From NCBI GenBank assembly GCA_017454945.1, contig JAFTCA010000010.1, forward strand, positions 161,619 to 225,618: a stretch of DNA of 64,000 bases. The letters are read 5' to 3'. The position numbers and the translations under genes were made by a program. Numbering within the stretch: position 1 is the stretch's first letter; each line of letters opens with the position of its first letter. Source of the DNA: Bacteroidales bacterium. Lineage in GTDB: Bacteria > Bacteroidota > Bacteroidia > Bacteroidales > WCHB1-69. Positions 44,574 through 53,982 of this stretch are shown piece after piece. The notes beneath the pieces are model-generated. The model worked only from the letters and a program-made list of their open reading frames with translations. It was not told the DNA's origin and searched no databases.

Positions 44574-46364
44574 ATGGATACAGTAAAATTAACAATAGAT
44601 AACAGAGAAGTAGAAGTTCCGAAAGGGACTACCATTCTTAAAGCCGCACAGAGCATGGGCATCGATATCCCCACGCTGTGCCATTTTGAGCTGGAAGGTC
44701 TGGACATTCATAACAGACCCGGTGGCTGCCGTATTTGCGTTGTAGAAGTTGAAAAGCGCAGAAACCTGGCTCCCGCCTGCGTTACCGAATGTATGGAAGG
44801 TATGGTTGTAAAGACCAACTCTATCCGCGCCATCAACGCTCGTAAAACCGTTCTCGAGCTGATCCTCAGCGACCACCCCGCCGATTGCTTGCAATGCGCT
44901 AAGAACGGCCGTTGCGAACTGCAGGACCTCGCCGCACGTTTCGGCATCCGCGAGAACCCCTATATGGGTGGAAACCACGTTCAATCGCAATACCAAGTGG
45001 AAGTTTCTCCTTCCATCATCCGCGATATGAACAAGTGCGTTATGTGCCGTCGTTGCGAGACCATGTGCAACGAGCTGCAGACCGTAGGTGCCCTGTCAGC
45101 TATTGAAAGAGGTTTCCCCGCAGTGGTATCCACCGCTTTCAACCAGCATCTCGACCACTCACCTTGTACCTTCTGCGGCCAGTGCGTAGCCGTTTGCCCC
45201 GTTGGTGCTCTGACCGAGGTTGACCATACCTCCAAGATCATCCGCGCCATCGCCGATCCTACCAAGAAGACCGTCGTACAAGTGGCTCCCGCCGTTCGTG
45301 TTGCCCTCGGCGAAGAGTTCGGCATGGAACCCGGCACCATCGTTACTGGCAAGCTGACCGCCGCATTGAAGGCCCTCGGCTTCGACTATGTATTCGATAC
45401 CGACTGGAGCGCCGACTTGACCATCATGGAAGAGGGTACCGAGCTGATCGGCCGTCTGACCAGATACCTCAACGGCGACAAGGATGTGGCTCTGCCTATC
45501 CTGACCTCCTGCTGCCCCGCTTGGGTTAACTTCTTCGAACATCAGTTCCCCGAAATGAGAGCGCTGCCTTCAACGGCCAAGTCGCCTCAACAGATGTTCG
45601 GCGCCATCGCCAAATCTTACTTTGCAGAAAAGATCAACTGCAAACGCGAAGATATGGTCAGCGTATCAGTAATGCCCTGTTTGGCAAAGAAATACGAATG
45701 CAGCCGTGACGAGTTCAAGGTAAACGGCAATCCGGATGTTGACTACTCCATCTCAACCCGTGAGTTGGCCCGCCTGATTAAGCTCGCTAACATCGACTTC
45801 GCTTCGCTGCCCGAAGCTGAATTCGACAGCCCGCTCGGCGAATCTACCGGTGCTGGCGTCATCTTCGGAACCACCGGTGGTGTTATCGAAGCTGCCGTTC
45901 GTACCGCTTACGAAGTTATCACCAAGAAACCTCTTCCGAAGATCGACTTCGAAGAACTGCGCGGTCTGGAAGGCGTACGTTCAGCCACCATCGATGTGGA
46001 CGGTTTGAAACTGAACATCGGTATCGCCCACGGTTTGCGCAATGCCCGCAAGCTTCTTGAAGACATCAAGGCTGGTAAATGCCAATTCCACGCCATCGAG
46101 ATCATGGCATGCCCCGGCGGTTGTATCGACGGTGCAGGTCAGCCTCTCCACCATGGCAACAGCGACATCATCAAAGCTCGTTGGGAAGCCATCTACCGTG
46201 CTGACAAGGAAATGCCTATCCGTAAATCTCACGAAAACCCGTCAATCCAAGCTATCTACAAAGAATACCTTGGCGAACCCTGCGGTCACAAGTCTCACGA
46301 ACTGCTTCACACGCACTACTTCGACAGACAAACTACCGTGGAAGTTGATGTGGATAAAAAGTAA
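44574..46364 (+). CDS. hydA: [FeFe]-hydrogenase catalytic subunit (HydA)
   Basis: All three H-cluster motifs are intact: TSCCPAWV, VMPCLAKKYE and EIMACPGGCIDGAGQP. N-terminal 2Fe-2S and 4Fe-4S domains are present. Confidence 0.93.
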   Translation: MDTVKLTIDNREVEVPKGTTILKAAQSMGIDIPTLCHFELEGLDIHNRPGGCRICVVEVEKRRNLAPACVTECMEGMVVKTNSIRAINARKTVLELILSDHPADCLQCAKNGRCELQDLAARFGIRENPYMGGNHVQSQYQVEVSPSIIRDMNKCVMCRRCETMCNELQTVGALSAIERGFPAVVSTAFNQHLDHSPCTFCGQCVAVCPVGALTEVDHTSKIIRAIADPTKKTVVQVAPAVRVALGEEFGMEPGTIVTGKLTAALKALGFDYVFDTDWSADLTIMEEGTELIGRLTRYLNGDKDVALPILTSCCPAWVNFFEHQFPEMRALPSTAKSPQQMFGAIAKSYFAEKINCKREDMVSVSVMPCLAKKYECSRDEFKVNGNPDVDYSISTRELARLIKLANIDFASLPEAEFDSPLGESTGAGVIFGTTGGVIEAAVRTAYEVITKKPLPKIDFEELRGLEGVRSATIDVDGLKLNIGIAHGLRNARKLLEDIKAGKCQFHAIEIMACPGGCIDGAGQPLHHGNSDIIKARWEAIYRADKEMPIRKSHENPSIQAIYKEYLGEPCGHKSHELLHTHYFDRQTTVEVDVDKK

Positions 46365-46391
46365 TTTTAGTAACAAGAAAAAATCAGAACA

Positions 46392-46874
46392 ATGGATAAG
46401 ATAATCATTAAAATGAAAAAAGAAGTTCGTGAGAAAATTATTGAAATTTGCAACAAATTCAATAATCAACCGGGCGAACTCATCAATGTTTTGCATCAAA
46501 CTCAAGACTACCTCGGCTATCTGCCCGCAGAAGCTCAGGAACTGATTGCCGAATGTCTGCACATCCCCACCGCCAAAGTTTACGGTGTAGTTTCTTTCTA
46601 CGCATTCTTCACCATGACTCCCAAGGGCAAACATCCCATTTCAGTTTGCCTGGGTACCGCCTGCTACGTGCGTGGCGCTGAAAAGGTGCTGGACGCCTTC
46701 AAGAAAGAGTTGAACCTCGAAGTAGGCCAAACCACCGAAGACGGCGAATTCTCACTTACCTGCCTGCGTTGTGTAGGTGCTTGCGGTCTGGCTCCTGTTG
46801 CCATGGTTGGCGACAAGGTTTACGGCCGTTTGGCTCCCGACATGATCAAAGGTATTGTAGCTGAATATAAATAA
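46392..46874 (+). CDS. hydC: NuoE-like [2Fe-2S] subunit (HydC)
   Basis: CLGTACYVRGA ... CLRCVGACGLAPV. Confidence 0.88.
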   Translation: MDKIIIKMKKEVREKIIEICNKFNNQPGELINVLHQTQDYLGYLPAEAQELIAECLHIPTAKVYGVVSFYAFFTMTPKGKHPISVCLGTACYVRGAEKVLDAFKKELNLEVGQTTEDGEFSLTCLRCVGACGLAPVAMVGDKVYGRLAPDMIKGIVAEYK

Positions 46875-46893
46875 GCCATATACATATTATGGT

Positions 46894-46930
46894 AAAAGTG
46901 CTCCGGGCGAACGTTCGGAGCACTTTTTTT
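46894..46930 (+). terminator. Terminator after hydC
   Basis: AAAAGTGCTCCG ggcgaacgtt CGGAGCACTTTTTTT. Confidence 0.8.
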
Positions 46931-46973
46931 ATGGATTTTTCTTATTTTTGCATATTCATAACTCATTACAACA

Positions 46974-47699
46974 ATGAAACTATCTATCGTTATTCCCGTT
47001 TACAACGAGGAGAAAACCATCCACCTGATTCTCGACCGCGTGCTGGCAGTGCAACTCGCTGGCGATGCTGAGAAAGAGATTATCTTGGTTAACGACTGCT
47101 CGAAAGACAACAGTGAAGAGGCGCTGAAAAACTATATGCAAGCTCATCCCGAAGTGGATATGAAATATTTTGCCCAGCCCGTCAATATGGGCAAAGGCGC
47201 TGCGCTGCACCGCGGCTTTGAAGAGGCCACGGGCGATTACATTGTGGTGCAAGACGCCGACCTTGAATACGACCCCGAAGAGTACAACAAACTGCTGGTG
47301 CCCGTCTTTAAAGACAACGCCGACGTGGTTTACGGCTCGCGCTTCATGGGCGGCCAACCCCACCGCATCCTCTTCTTCTGGCACTCACGCGGCAATAGGT
47401 TCCTGACATTCCTCTCGAATATGTTCACCAACCTCAACCTCACAGACATGGAAACCTGCTACAAGCTCTTCCGTGCCGACATCATCAAGAAAATCTATTT
47501 TAAAGAGAACCGCTTCGGCTTCGAACCTGAAGTAACCGCCAAAATAGCCCGTTTCAAAGGCATCAAAATCTACGAAGTGGGTATATCCTACTACGGAAGA
47601 ACGTACGAGGAAGGCAAGAAAATTGGCTGGAAAGACGGCTTCCGCGCCATCTACTGCATTTTGAAATACAACATTTTCTCAAGAAAATATTTGAAATAA
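46974..47699 (+). CDS. Family 2 glycosyltransferase (polyprenol-phosphate sugar transferase-like)
   Basis: [13 protein letters not shown]..., [17 protein letters not shown]. Confidence 0.85.
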   Translation: MKLSIVIPVYNEEKTIHLILDRVLAVQLAGDAEKEIILVNDCSKDNSEEALKNYMQAHPEVDMKYFAQPVNMGKGAALHRGFEEATGDYIVVQDADLEYDPEEYNKLLVPVFKDNADVVYGSRFMGGQPHRILFFWHSRGNRFLTFLSNMFTNLNLTDMETCYKLFRADIIKKIYFKENRFGFEPEVTAKIARFKGIKIYEVGISYYGRTYEEGKKIGWKDGFRAIYCILKYNIFSRKYLK

Positions 47700-47754
47700 C
47701 CATCAAAAAATTTATTGCTCATAAAACTAATTTGGTTGTCGTTAAAAAATAGTT

Positions 47755-47762
47755 TATCTTTG
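47755..47762 (+). promoter_or_regulatory. -7 box TATCTTTG upstream of the usp gene
   Basis: Exact TAnnTTTG. Confidence 0.5.
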
Positions 47763-47796
47763 TAACCAAGATTATTAACCATAAAAATAAAGAGAT

Positions 47797-48645
47797 ATGA
47801 AAAATATTGTAGTGGGAATCGACTTCTCCAAGAACTCGCTGAATGCGTTGAAACACGCCGTAGCCATAGGCTTGAAAACCAAAGGCACCTTGCATCTGGT
47901 TTGGGTAAAAACTCCCGCCGTTTCAAACGAAATCGCCAAGAAATCGGCCTCTTCTTACACCAAAAGAGCCGAAGAATATCTGCAACATCTGAAAGCGGAA
48001 TGTAAAGCCGAAGCTCCCCACTGCGGTGTCAATTGCGTGATTTTGGAAGGAAAAACTGCTTACGAACTGACCAAGTTCGCCGCCAACCTGCAAGACTCGA
48101 TCTTGGTTATGGGTACCCACGGCGTTTCCGGCTTCGAAGAAGCTTTCATTGGTAGTAACGCCTACAAAACCATCGGTTTGACAGAAGTTCCCGTTCTGAT
48201 TATCCGTGAGAATATCGAAATCAACCGCGACTTGACACAAATTCTTGTGCCTATCGACTCAAGTTTCGAAACCCTGCAGAAGATCAAATATGCCATCGCA
48301 TTTGCCAAAGCATTCTCGGCTAAGATTCTTCTGCTCGGTATCAACACCAGCGAAGATGCTATGTTGAAACATACTATTAATGTGCAATTGGGCCACGCCG
48401 GCAATATGTGCACCAAAGCCAATGTTAGATACGATGTGCACACCATCGCAGTGAAAACCAACAGTTCGAAAGCCGTTATCGACTACGCTCAAAACGTGGA
48501 TGTGAACCTCGTGGTTATCATGCGTGAGGAAGAAGAGGATATGACCAACTTCTGGATGGGCAGCACCACCCGAATGATGATCAACACCTCTCCCGTGCCT
48601 ATGCTCATCATCCCCAACGTAAACCATTTTGCAGTAAGCAAATAA
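47797..48645 (+). CDS. Tandem-domain universal stress protein
   Basis: Two Usp-like halves (MKNIVVGIDFS...VMGTHG.SG... and QILVPID...). Confidence 0.8.
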   Translation: MKNIVVGIDFSKNSLNALKHAVAIGLKTKGTLHLVWVKTPAVSNEIAKKSASSYTKRAEEYLQHLKAECKAEAPHCGVNCVILEGKTAYELTKFAANLQDSILVMGTHGVSGFEEAFIGSNAYKTIGLTEVPVLIIRENIEINRDLTQILVPIDSSFETLQKIKYAIAFAKAFSAKILLLGINTSEDAMLKHTINVQLGHAGNMCTKANVRYDVHTIAVKTNSSKAVIDYAQNVDVNLVVIMREEEEDMTNFWMGSTTRMMINTSPVPMLIIPNVNHFAVSK

Positions 48646-48670
48646 AATAAATTCTCAAAACCTCATACCG

Positions 48671-48709
48671 ACAAAGATTTATACCTGACAAGTGTAAATC
48701 TTTGTTTTG
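48671..48709 (+). terminator. Terminator after the usp gene
   Basis: ACAAAGATTTA ... TAAATCTTTGT plus TTT. Confidence 0.6.
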
Positions 48710-48741
48710 TAAATAGTTGATTATTAAATAGTTTATCCAAT

Positions 48742-50481
48742 ATGAAAAAACATCTTTTCCCCTTATTGCTTTTAGTATTAATCAATGTGCCCTTGTTGGC
48801 TTGCACCAACTTCATTGTAACCAAAGGCGCCAGCAAAGACGGCTCGTGTATGGTTTCTTACGCCGCCGATTCGCATACGCTGTACGGCGAACTCTACTAC
48901 CGTCCCGCTATGGATTACCCAGCCGGCACCTGGATGGATGTCATTGAATGGGATACTGGCGAATTCAAAGGCAAAATCCTGCAAGCTGCTCATACCTACT
49001 CAGTTATAGGGAACATGAACGAGCACCAATTGGCCATCGGCGAAACCACCTACGGTGGCTTGGAGCCGCTTTGGAAACCCAATGGCATTATCGACTACGG
49101 TTCTTTGATTTACATCACCTTGCAGCGCGCCAAAACCGCCCGTGAAGCCATCAAGGTTATGAGCTACCTGCTGGAAACTTACGGCTACTGCAGCGAAGGC
49201 GAATCGTTTTCGATTGTGGACCCCAACGAAGCCTGGGTAATGGACCTGATTGGCAAAGGCGAAGAGATGAAGAACGAGAAGGGTAAAACCGTAAAAGGCT
49301 GGACCAAAGGCGCTGTATGGGTTGCCCGCCGCATTCCCGACGGCTACATCTGCGGCCACGCCAACCAATCACGTATCACCACTTTCCCGCTCAGCGACGG
49401 CAAAACCTCCATTACTTCCAAGGAAATTGACAAGATTTTCCTGCCCACCGTGGAAACCGTCTATGCTTATGATGTTATCTCGTTTGCACGCCTCAAGGGA
49501 CTGTATGACGCAAAAGCTCCCGATGCCGAGTTCAGCTTCTGCGACACCTACAACCCGCTCGACTTTAGCGGTGCGCGTTTCTGTGAAGCCCGCGTGTGGG
49601 CTGGTTTCTACCGCTGCAACCCCGAACTGATGAAGCCCTACGAGAAATACGCCCGTGGCGAAGACCTGCAGAGCAAAGAGAAGATGCCCCTCTGGATTAA
49701 GCCAGTACACAAACTCTCCGTGCAGGATGTAATGCAACTGATGCGCGACCACTATGAAGGCACCTCCATGGACATGACACAAGATATCGGCGCAGGCCCC
49801 TACGCATGCCCCTACCGCTGGAGACCCATGACATGGTCTTACGAAGGCAAAAACTATATTCACGAACGCGCCACGGCCACACAGCAGACCGGCTTCTCGT
49901 TTGTGGCACAATCGCGTAGCTGGCTGCCCGACAAGTTCGGCGGCATCTTCTGGTTTGGCGTTGACGACGCTGCCAGCACCTGCTACTTGCCCATGTTCTG
50001 CGGCATTACCGAAATTCCCGAGGCCTTCCGCGAAGGCAACGGCTCCATGGTTGACTACTCGCCTACCGCCGCCTATTGGATTTTCACCAAAGTGAGCAAC
50101 TTCGCCTACTCGCGCTACAGCGATATGATTGTCCCCATCAAAGCCAAACAGCAAGAGTTTGAAAACGCTTTTGTGAAAGACATCCAAAATATGGAAGGCG
50201 AGATGAAGAGCCTCTTCGCCAACAACCCCGCCAAAGCACAAGAACGCATTAACCAATACTCTAACAACAAAGCACAAGAAGTGTGCACAGCATGGAATCA
50301 TTTGTTCGAATACCTCCTTGTCAAATACAATGACGGTAATGTGAAAAAAGAAAAAGATGGTAAATTCTTGAAAACCAACGCTGTAAAACCACAATGCGAG
50401 AGTCCGGCACACCCCACCTACCCCGACAAATGGTATAAGATTATTGTAGATGACTGCGGAAACAACATTCAAGCAAGATAA
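48742..50481 (+). CDS. C69-family dipeptidase, secreted
   Basis: Signal peptide ending ...LLAC, then TNFIVTKGASKDGS (N-terminal nucleophile Cys), 579 aa. Confidence 0.85.
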   Translation: MKKHLFPLLLLVLINVPLLACTNFIVTKGASKDGSCMVSYAADSHTLYGELYYRPAMDYPAGTWMDVIEWDTGEFKGKILQAAHTYSVIGNMNEHQLAIGETTYGGLEPLWKPNGIIDYGSLIYITLQRAKTAREAIKVMSYLLETYGYCSEGESFSIVDPNEAWVMDLIGKGEEMKNEKGKTVKGWTKGAVWVARRIPDGYICGHANQSRITTFPLSDGKTSITSKEIDKIFLPTVETVYAYDVISFARLKGLYDAKAPDAEFSFCDTYNPLDFSGARFCEARVWAGFYRCNPELMKPYEKYARGEDLQSKEKMPLWIKPVHKLSVQDVMQLMRDHYEGTSMDMTQDIGAGPYACPYRWRPMTWSYEGKNYIHERATATQQTGFSFVAQSRSWLPDKFGGIFWFGVDDAASTCYLPMFCGITEIPEAFREGNGSMVDYSPTAAYWIFTKVSNFAYSRYSDMIVPIKAKQQEFENAFVKDIQNMEGEMKSLFANNPAKAQERINQYSNNKAQEVCTAWNHLFEYLLVKYNDGNVKKEKDGKFLKTNAVKPQCESPAHPTYPDKWYKIIVDDCGNNIQAR

Positions 50482-50505
50482 TTCTTTAATATACAAATAT
50501 TTACA

Positions 50506-51705
50506 ATGAAACGAATCGCCCTTCTATCCATCTTAAGTTTCTATTTTCTAATAGGTTACGCCCAAATTCCTGAAGGCTATTACGATGCGGCTGTCGGATT
50601 AAAAGGCGATTCACTCAAGGAGGCGCTGCACAAAATCATCCAAAACCACGATACCATCAGCTACAAAGGGTTGTGGGGCTGCTATCCTTACACCGATGCC
50701 CGTCTTGACGACAACACCAAGGTGTGGGACATCTACTCGGATATTCCTGGCGGTACGCCGCCCTACCTCTATACTTTTATCACCGACCAATGCGGCAATT
50801 ATAGTGGCGAGAATTCCTGTTATAATCGCGAACATCTGGTGCCGCAAAGCTGGTTTGGCGATGCTTCGCCTATGGTTTCCGACTTGCAACACATCTATCC
50901 TACAGATGGTTTTGTAAATAATCGACGCGGCAACTATCCGTTTGCCGAGGTGGGCTCAACCACCTGGACCAGTCGGAACGGCTCTAAGTTAGGAGTCAGT
51001 ATCACACCTGGCTATTCGGGCACTGCTTTCGAGCCTATCGATGCCTTCAAAGGCGATATTGCCCGCGTATTCTTCTATATGGCAGTATGTTATATGGATA
51101 AGAATTTAGGACAAGAAGGCAACTCCATTTTCAACGGCTCCACCATGGACTCATGGGCGCTGACCATGTTCATCCGATGGCATAATCAGGACACAGTAAG
51201 CCAAAAAGAACATATCCGCAACCACGCCGCCGATTCGCTCCAGCATAACCGCAACCCGTTTATCGACTATCCCGAGCTGGTAGAGATGATTTTCGGTAGC
51301 CAGAAAGAGAAACGCTTCTATCCCAACGGCATTCCTGGTGACGACCCGGGTGATGATCCGGGCGATGACCCTGGTGATGACCCGGGTGATGATCCGGGCG
51401 ACGATCCTGGAGACTCCACCATGGTTCATAACTATGTCAACGAGATACATTTCGTGCTTTACCCCAATCCTGTCAGCGACCGCATCTATATCCGCAATTT
51501 GAGCGGCCAGGCCGTACAAATCACTGCTCTTTCAGTATTCGACCTGCAAGGCCGCCTGCTCTACATGGACCGACAGGTAAATAATCCGACTTGGGCACAC
51601 GAAAACATCCTGCCCATAGACTTCTCCACCTTCAAGCCAGGCTGCTATTTCGTCAAAATAGACACCCCAACAGGTGTGGAGACACACAAAGTAATGGTGA
51701 GATAA
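50506..51705 (+). CDS. Endonuclease I-family nuclease with a T9SS C-terminal sorting domain
   Basis: NREHLVPQSWF..., NPFIDYPE, a (PGDD)n linker, and the C-terminal YPNPVSDRIYI...GCYFVKI...HKVMVR. Confidence 0.85.
   Translation: MKRIALLSILSFYFLIGYAQIPEGYYDAAVGLKGDSLKEALHKIIQNHDTISYKGLWGCYPYTDARLDDNTKVWDIYSDIPGGTPPYLYTFITDQCGNYSGENSCYNREHLVPQSWFGDASPMVSDLQHIYPTDGFVNNRRGNYPFAEVGSTTWTSRNGSKLGVSITPGYSGTAFEPIDAFKGDIARVFFYMAVCYMDKNLGQEGNSIFNGSTMDSWALTMFIRWHNQDTVSQKEHIRNHAADSLQHNRNPFIDYPELVEMIFGSQKEKRFYPNGIPGDDPGDDPGDDPGDDPGDDPGDDPGDSTMVHNYVNEIHFVLYPNPVSDRIYIRNLSGQAVQITALSVFDLQGRLLYMDRQVNNPTWAHENILPIDFSTFKPGCYFVKIDTPTGVETHKVMVR
51337..51408 (+). repeat. Six 12-bp in-frame tandem repeats encoding (GDDP)6
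   Basis: GGTGACGACCCG GGTGATGATCCG GGCGATGACCCT GGTGATGACCCG GGTGATGATCCG GGCGACGATCCT. Confidence 0.95.
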
Positions 51706-51732
51706 AAAAAGGGCGTTGCATGCAACGCCCTT
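51704..51732. terminator. Bidirectional terminator (palindrome GGGCGTTGCA/TGCAACGCCC)
   Basis: 20-nt perfect palindrome. The A7 on the left gives a U-run for the minus-strand floA operon. Confidence 0.7.
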
Positions 51733-51751
51733 ACAATATCATCTGATTGAA

Positions 51752-52378
51752 CTATTTGCCAAATCCTACGGGATGAGCCAATATGGCTTTACCGTTGAAT
51801 TTGAGCAAATCCTTGATTTTATCACGGTAGATGCTGCCGAGCGAAACGGTATGCAAGCCTTCGGATGCGCAATAGAGATAGATGTTCTGGCACACGTTAC
51901 CACAGTCGGTGGCTCCGTAGAACTCTTTGTGTTCCATGTCCATATCCTTCATCTTGTCGTAGTTGGCCACCATCACCAGCAATACCGGCGCTTCAGCGGG
52001 AAACGGCTGCATAGCAATGATTTTCCGCTTGTCGCCATTGACCATTAGCTTCAGCATGTTTTCTTTGGCGTCATAAAGATAGACACCTTTTTCCATAAAC
52101 ACATAGACTTCAATCTGTTGGCAGTTGCGAGCTGTCGGCGCCGTGCGCTTGCCATCGGGGCGGTTAACGCCAACGGCTGCCCACAGCAAGTCGGCCAGCT
52201 GCTGGTCGCTAAGCTGCTTGGATGAAAAATCGCGATGGGTTTGACGCTCGTTCAGCGCCTGCATGAGCGGTTTGCCGCCCTCTTTGTGCGGGGCGGGCAA
52301 CTTGATATTTTGTGCACATCCTGTCGTGCAGAGAATCATACACATAACACTTAAAATTGCTAAATTCTTCATAATCAA
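51752..52378 (-). CDS. Nitroreductase-family (SagB-like) protein with a lipoprotein signal
   Basis: Lipobox CTTGC. ...RQTHRDFS...LLWAAVGVNRPDGKRTAPTARN... Its start abuts the floA stop with no gap. Confidence 0.7.
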   Translation of the reverse strand: MIMKNLAILSVMCMILCTTGCAQNIKLPAPHKEGGKPLMQALNERQTHRDFSSKQLSDQQLADLLWAAVGVNRPDGKRTAPTARNCQQIEVYVFMEKGVYLYDAKENMLKLMVNGDKRKIIAMQPFPAEAPVLLVMVANYDKMKDMDMEHKEFYGATDCGNVCQNIYLYCASEGLHTVSLGSIYRDKIKDLLKFNGKAILAHPVGFGK

Positions 52379-53350
52379 CTAATTCTTTTTGGGTGAAGTG
52401 GGCTTGGCAATGCTGTCACGCATCTGCGTATCGGCCTTGATATTTTCCATTCTGTAATAGTCCATAATGCCCAAATTGCCATTACGGAAAGCTTCAGCCA
52501 TGGCCAACGGCACTTCGGCTTCGGCCAAAATAACCTTAGCGCGGGCTTCCTGTGCCTTGGCTTTCATCTCCTGCTCTTGCGCTACAGCCATAGCTCTTCT
52601 CTCCTCAGCCTTAGCCTGGGCAATGTTCTTGTCGGCATTGGCCTGGTCCATTTGCAGGATAGCACCGATATTCTTACCTACATCCACGTCGGCGATATCG
52701 ATAGAGAGAATCTCGAAAGCGGTGCCTGAGTCAAGACCTTTGGTGAGCACCAATTTGGAGATGGAATCGGGATTTTCGAGCACCGACTTGTGGGTGTCGG
52801 CAGAACCGATAGCCGAAACGATGCCCTCGCCAACACGGGCGATAATGGTCTCTTCGCCGGCACCACCCACCAGCTGGCGGATATTGGTGCGCACGGTTAC
52901 ACGAGCCTTGGCAATCAACTGGATACCGTCTTTGGCCACAGCTGCCACGGGTGGCGTATTGATAACTTTCGGGTTTACAGATGTTTGAATAGCTTCCAGC
53001 ACATCACGACCTGCCAGGTCGATAGCGGTGGCAGCTTTAAAATCGAGAGGAATGTTGGCTTTTTCGGCAGAAATCAGTGCACTTACGACTGCTTTCACAT
53101 GGCCGCCAGCCAAATAGTGGGCTTCCAACTGGTCGCGGTTGAGCTTGATACCGGCTTTGGTACCCGTAATCATCGCACCCACGATCAAACTCGGCGGAAC
53201 CTTTCTCCACCTCATCAGTATAAGCTGAAGCAGCGATACGTGCACGCCATTCAATAAAGCATTGAACCACAGTCCAATAGGAACCATCCACAAAAGAAAA
53301 ATTAGCAGAAATAAACATGCTAACGAGATAACAATGATAATTGCGTCCAT
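52379..53350 (-). CDS. floA: Flotillin-like protein FloA (SPFH family)
   Basis: Near-collinear with remembered FloA/YqfA: [11 protein letters not shown]..., [62 protein letters not shown]. Confidence 0.93.
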   Translation of the reverse strand: MDAIIIVISLACLFLLIFLLWMVPIGLWFNALLNGVHVSLLQLILMRWRKVPPSLIVGAMITGTKAGIKLNRDQLEAHYLAGGHVKAVVSALISAEKANIPLDFKAATAIDLAGRDVLEAIQTSVNPKVINTPPVAAVAKDGIQLIAKARVTVRTNIRQLVGGAGEETIIARVGEGIVSAIGSADTHKSVLENPDSISKLVLTKGLDSGTAFEILSIDIADVDVGKNIGAILQMDQANADKNIAQAKAEERRAMAVAQEQEMKAKAQEARAKVILAEAEVPLAMAEAFRNGNLGIMDYYRMENIKADTQMRDSIAKPTSPKKN

Positions 53351-53356
53351 AAATGA

Positions 53357-53821
53357 TTATTTAGTTTGTTTGACAATAATTTTTCCGCCTTCTATTTTAA
53401 CAATGACGATTTCGCTATTCACATCGATGAAATCGTTGGAAGAATGAACTTCCACAAGCTCGTCGCCGAACTTGCCTGTGCCCGAGGGTGCCAGTCGCGA
53501 CACAGCCACACCCGTCATACCTTCGGCAATCTTACCCTCATCCACCTCGTTCATCTTGCTGTCGATATTGGTTTTGAGCATCAGTTTGTTCCACGTTTTC
53601 GAGCGCAGCATCATCACTGTCGTGATGGCCGTCAGCACCAGCGTGCTCAGCAGGGTGATATTGCCAGCCACGGCTCCGTACTGCACATACGAGATGACTA
53701 TGCCGCAGAGCATCATCAAACAGCCGAAAGTGGCCACCACGCCACCAGGAATCACCAGAATGTCGAGCAGCAGCGACAGCAGGCCCAAAACGATCAACGA
53801 AATGACAAGTCCCCAATTCAT
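53357..53821 (-). CDS. NfeD-family membrane protein
   Basis: Three or four N-terminal TM helices plus a C-terminal OB-like domain, located upstream of floA. A -7 box lies at 53847-53854 on the minus strand. Confidence 0.8.
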   Translation of the reverse strand: MNWGLVISLIVLGLLSLLLDILVIPGGVVATFGCLMMLCGIVISYVQYGAVAGNITLLSTLVLTAITTVMMLRSKTWNKLMLKTNIDSKMNEVDEGKIAEGMTGVAVSRLAPSGTGKFGDELVEVHSSNDFIDVNSEIVIVKIEGGKIIVKQTK

Positions 53822-53982
53822 AATTCAGTATGCTAAAAAAAGATTGACAAAGATAAAATTTATTTCCTTATGGTAAGAAGAATAGGAGTTTTTTCATAAT
53901 ATTAATGAATTATCAATTTCTTGGTTATCACCTGTTCCCCATTATTCAATCGGATAAAATAAAGTAACTATATACCTTATTT

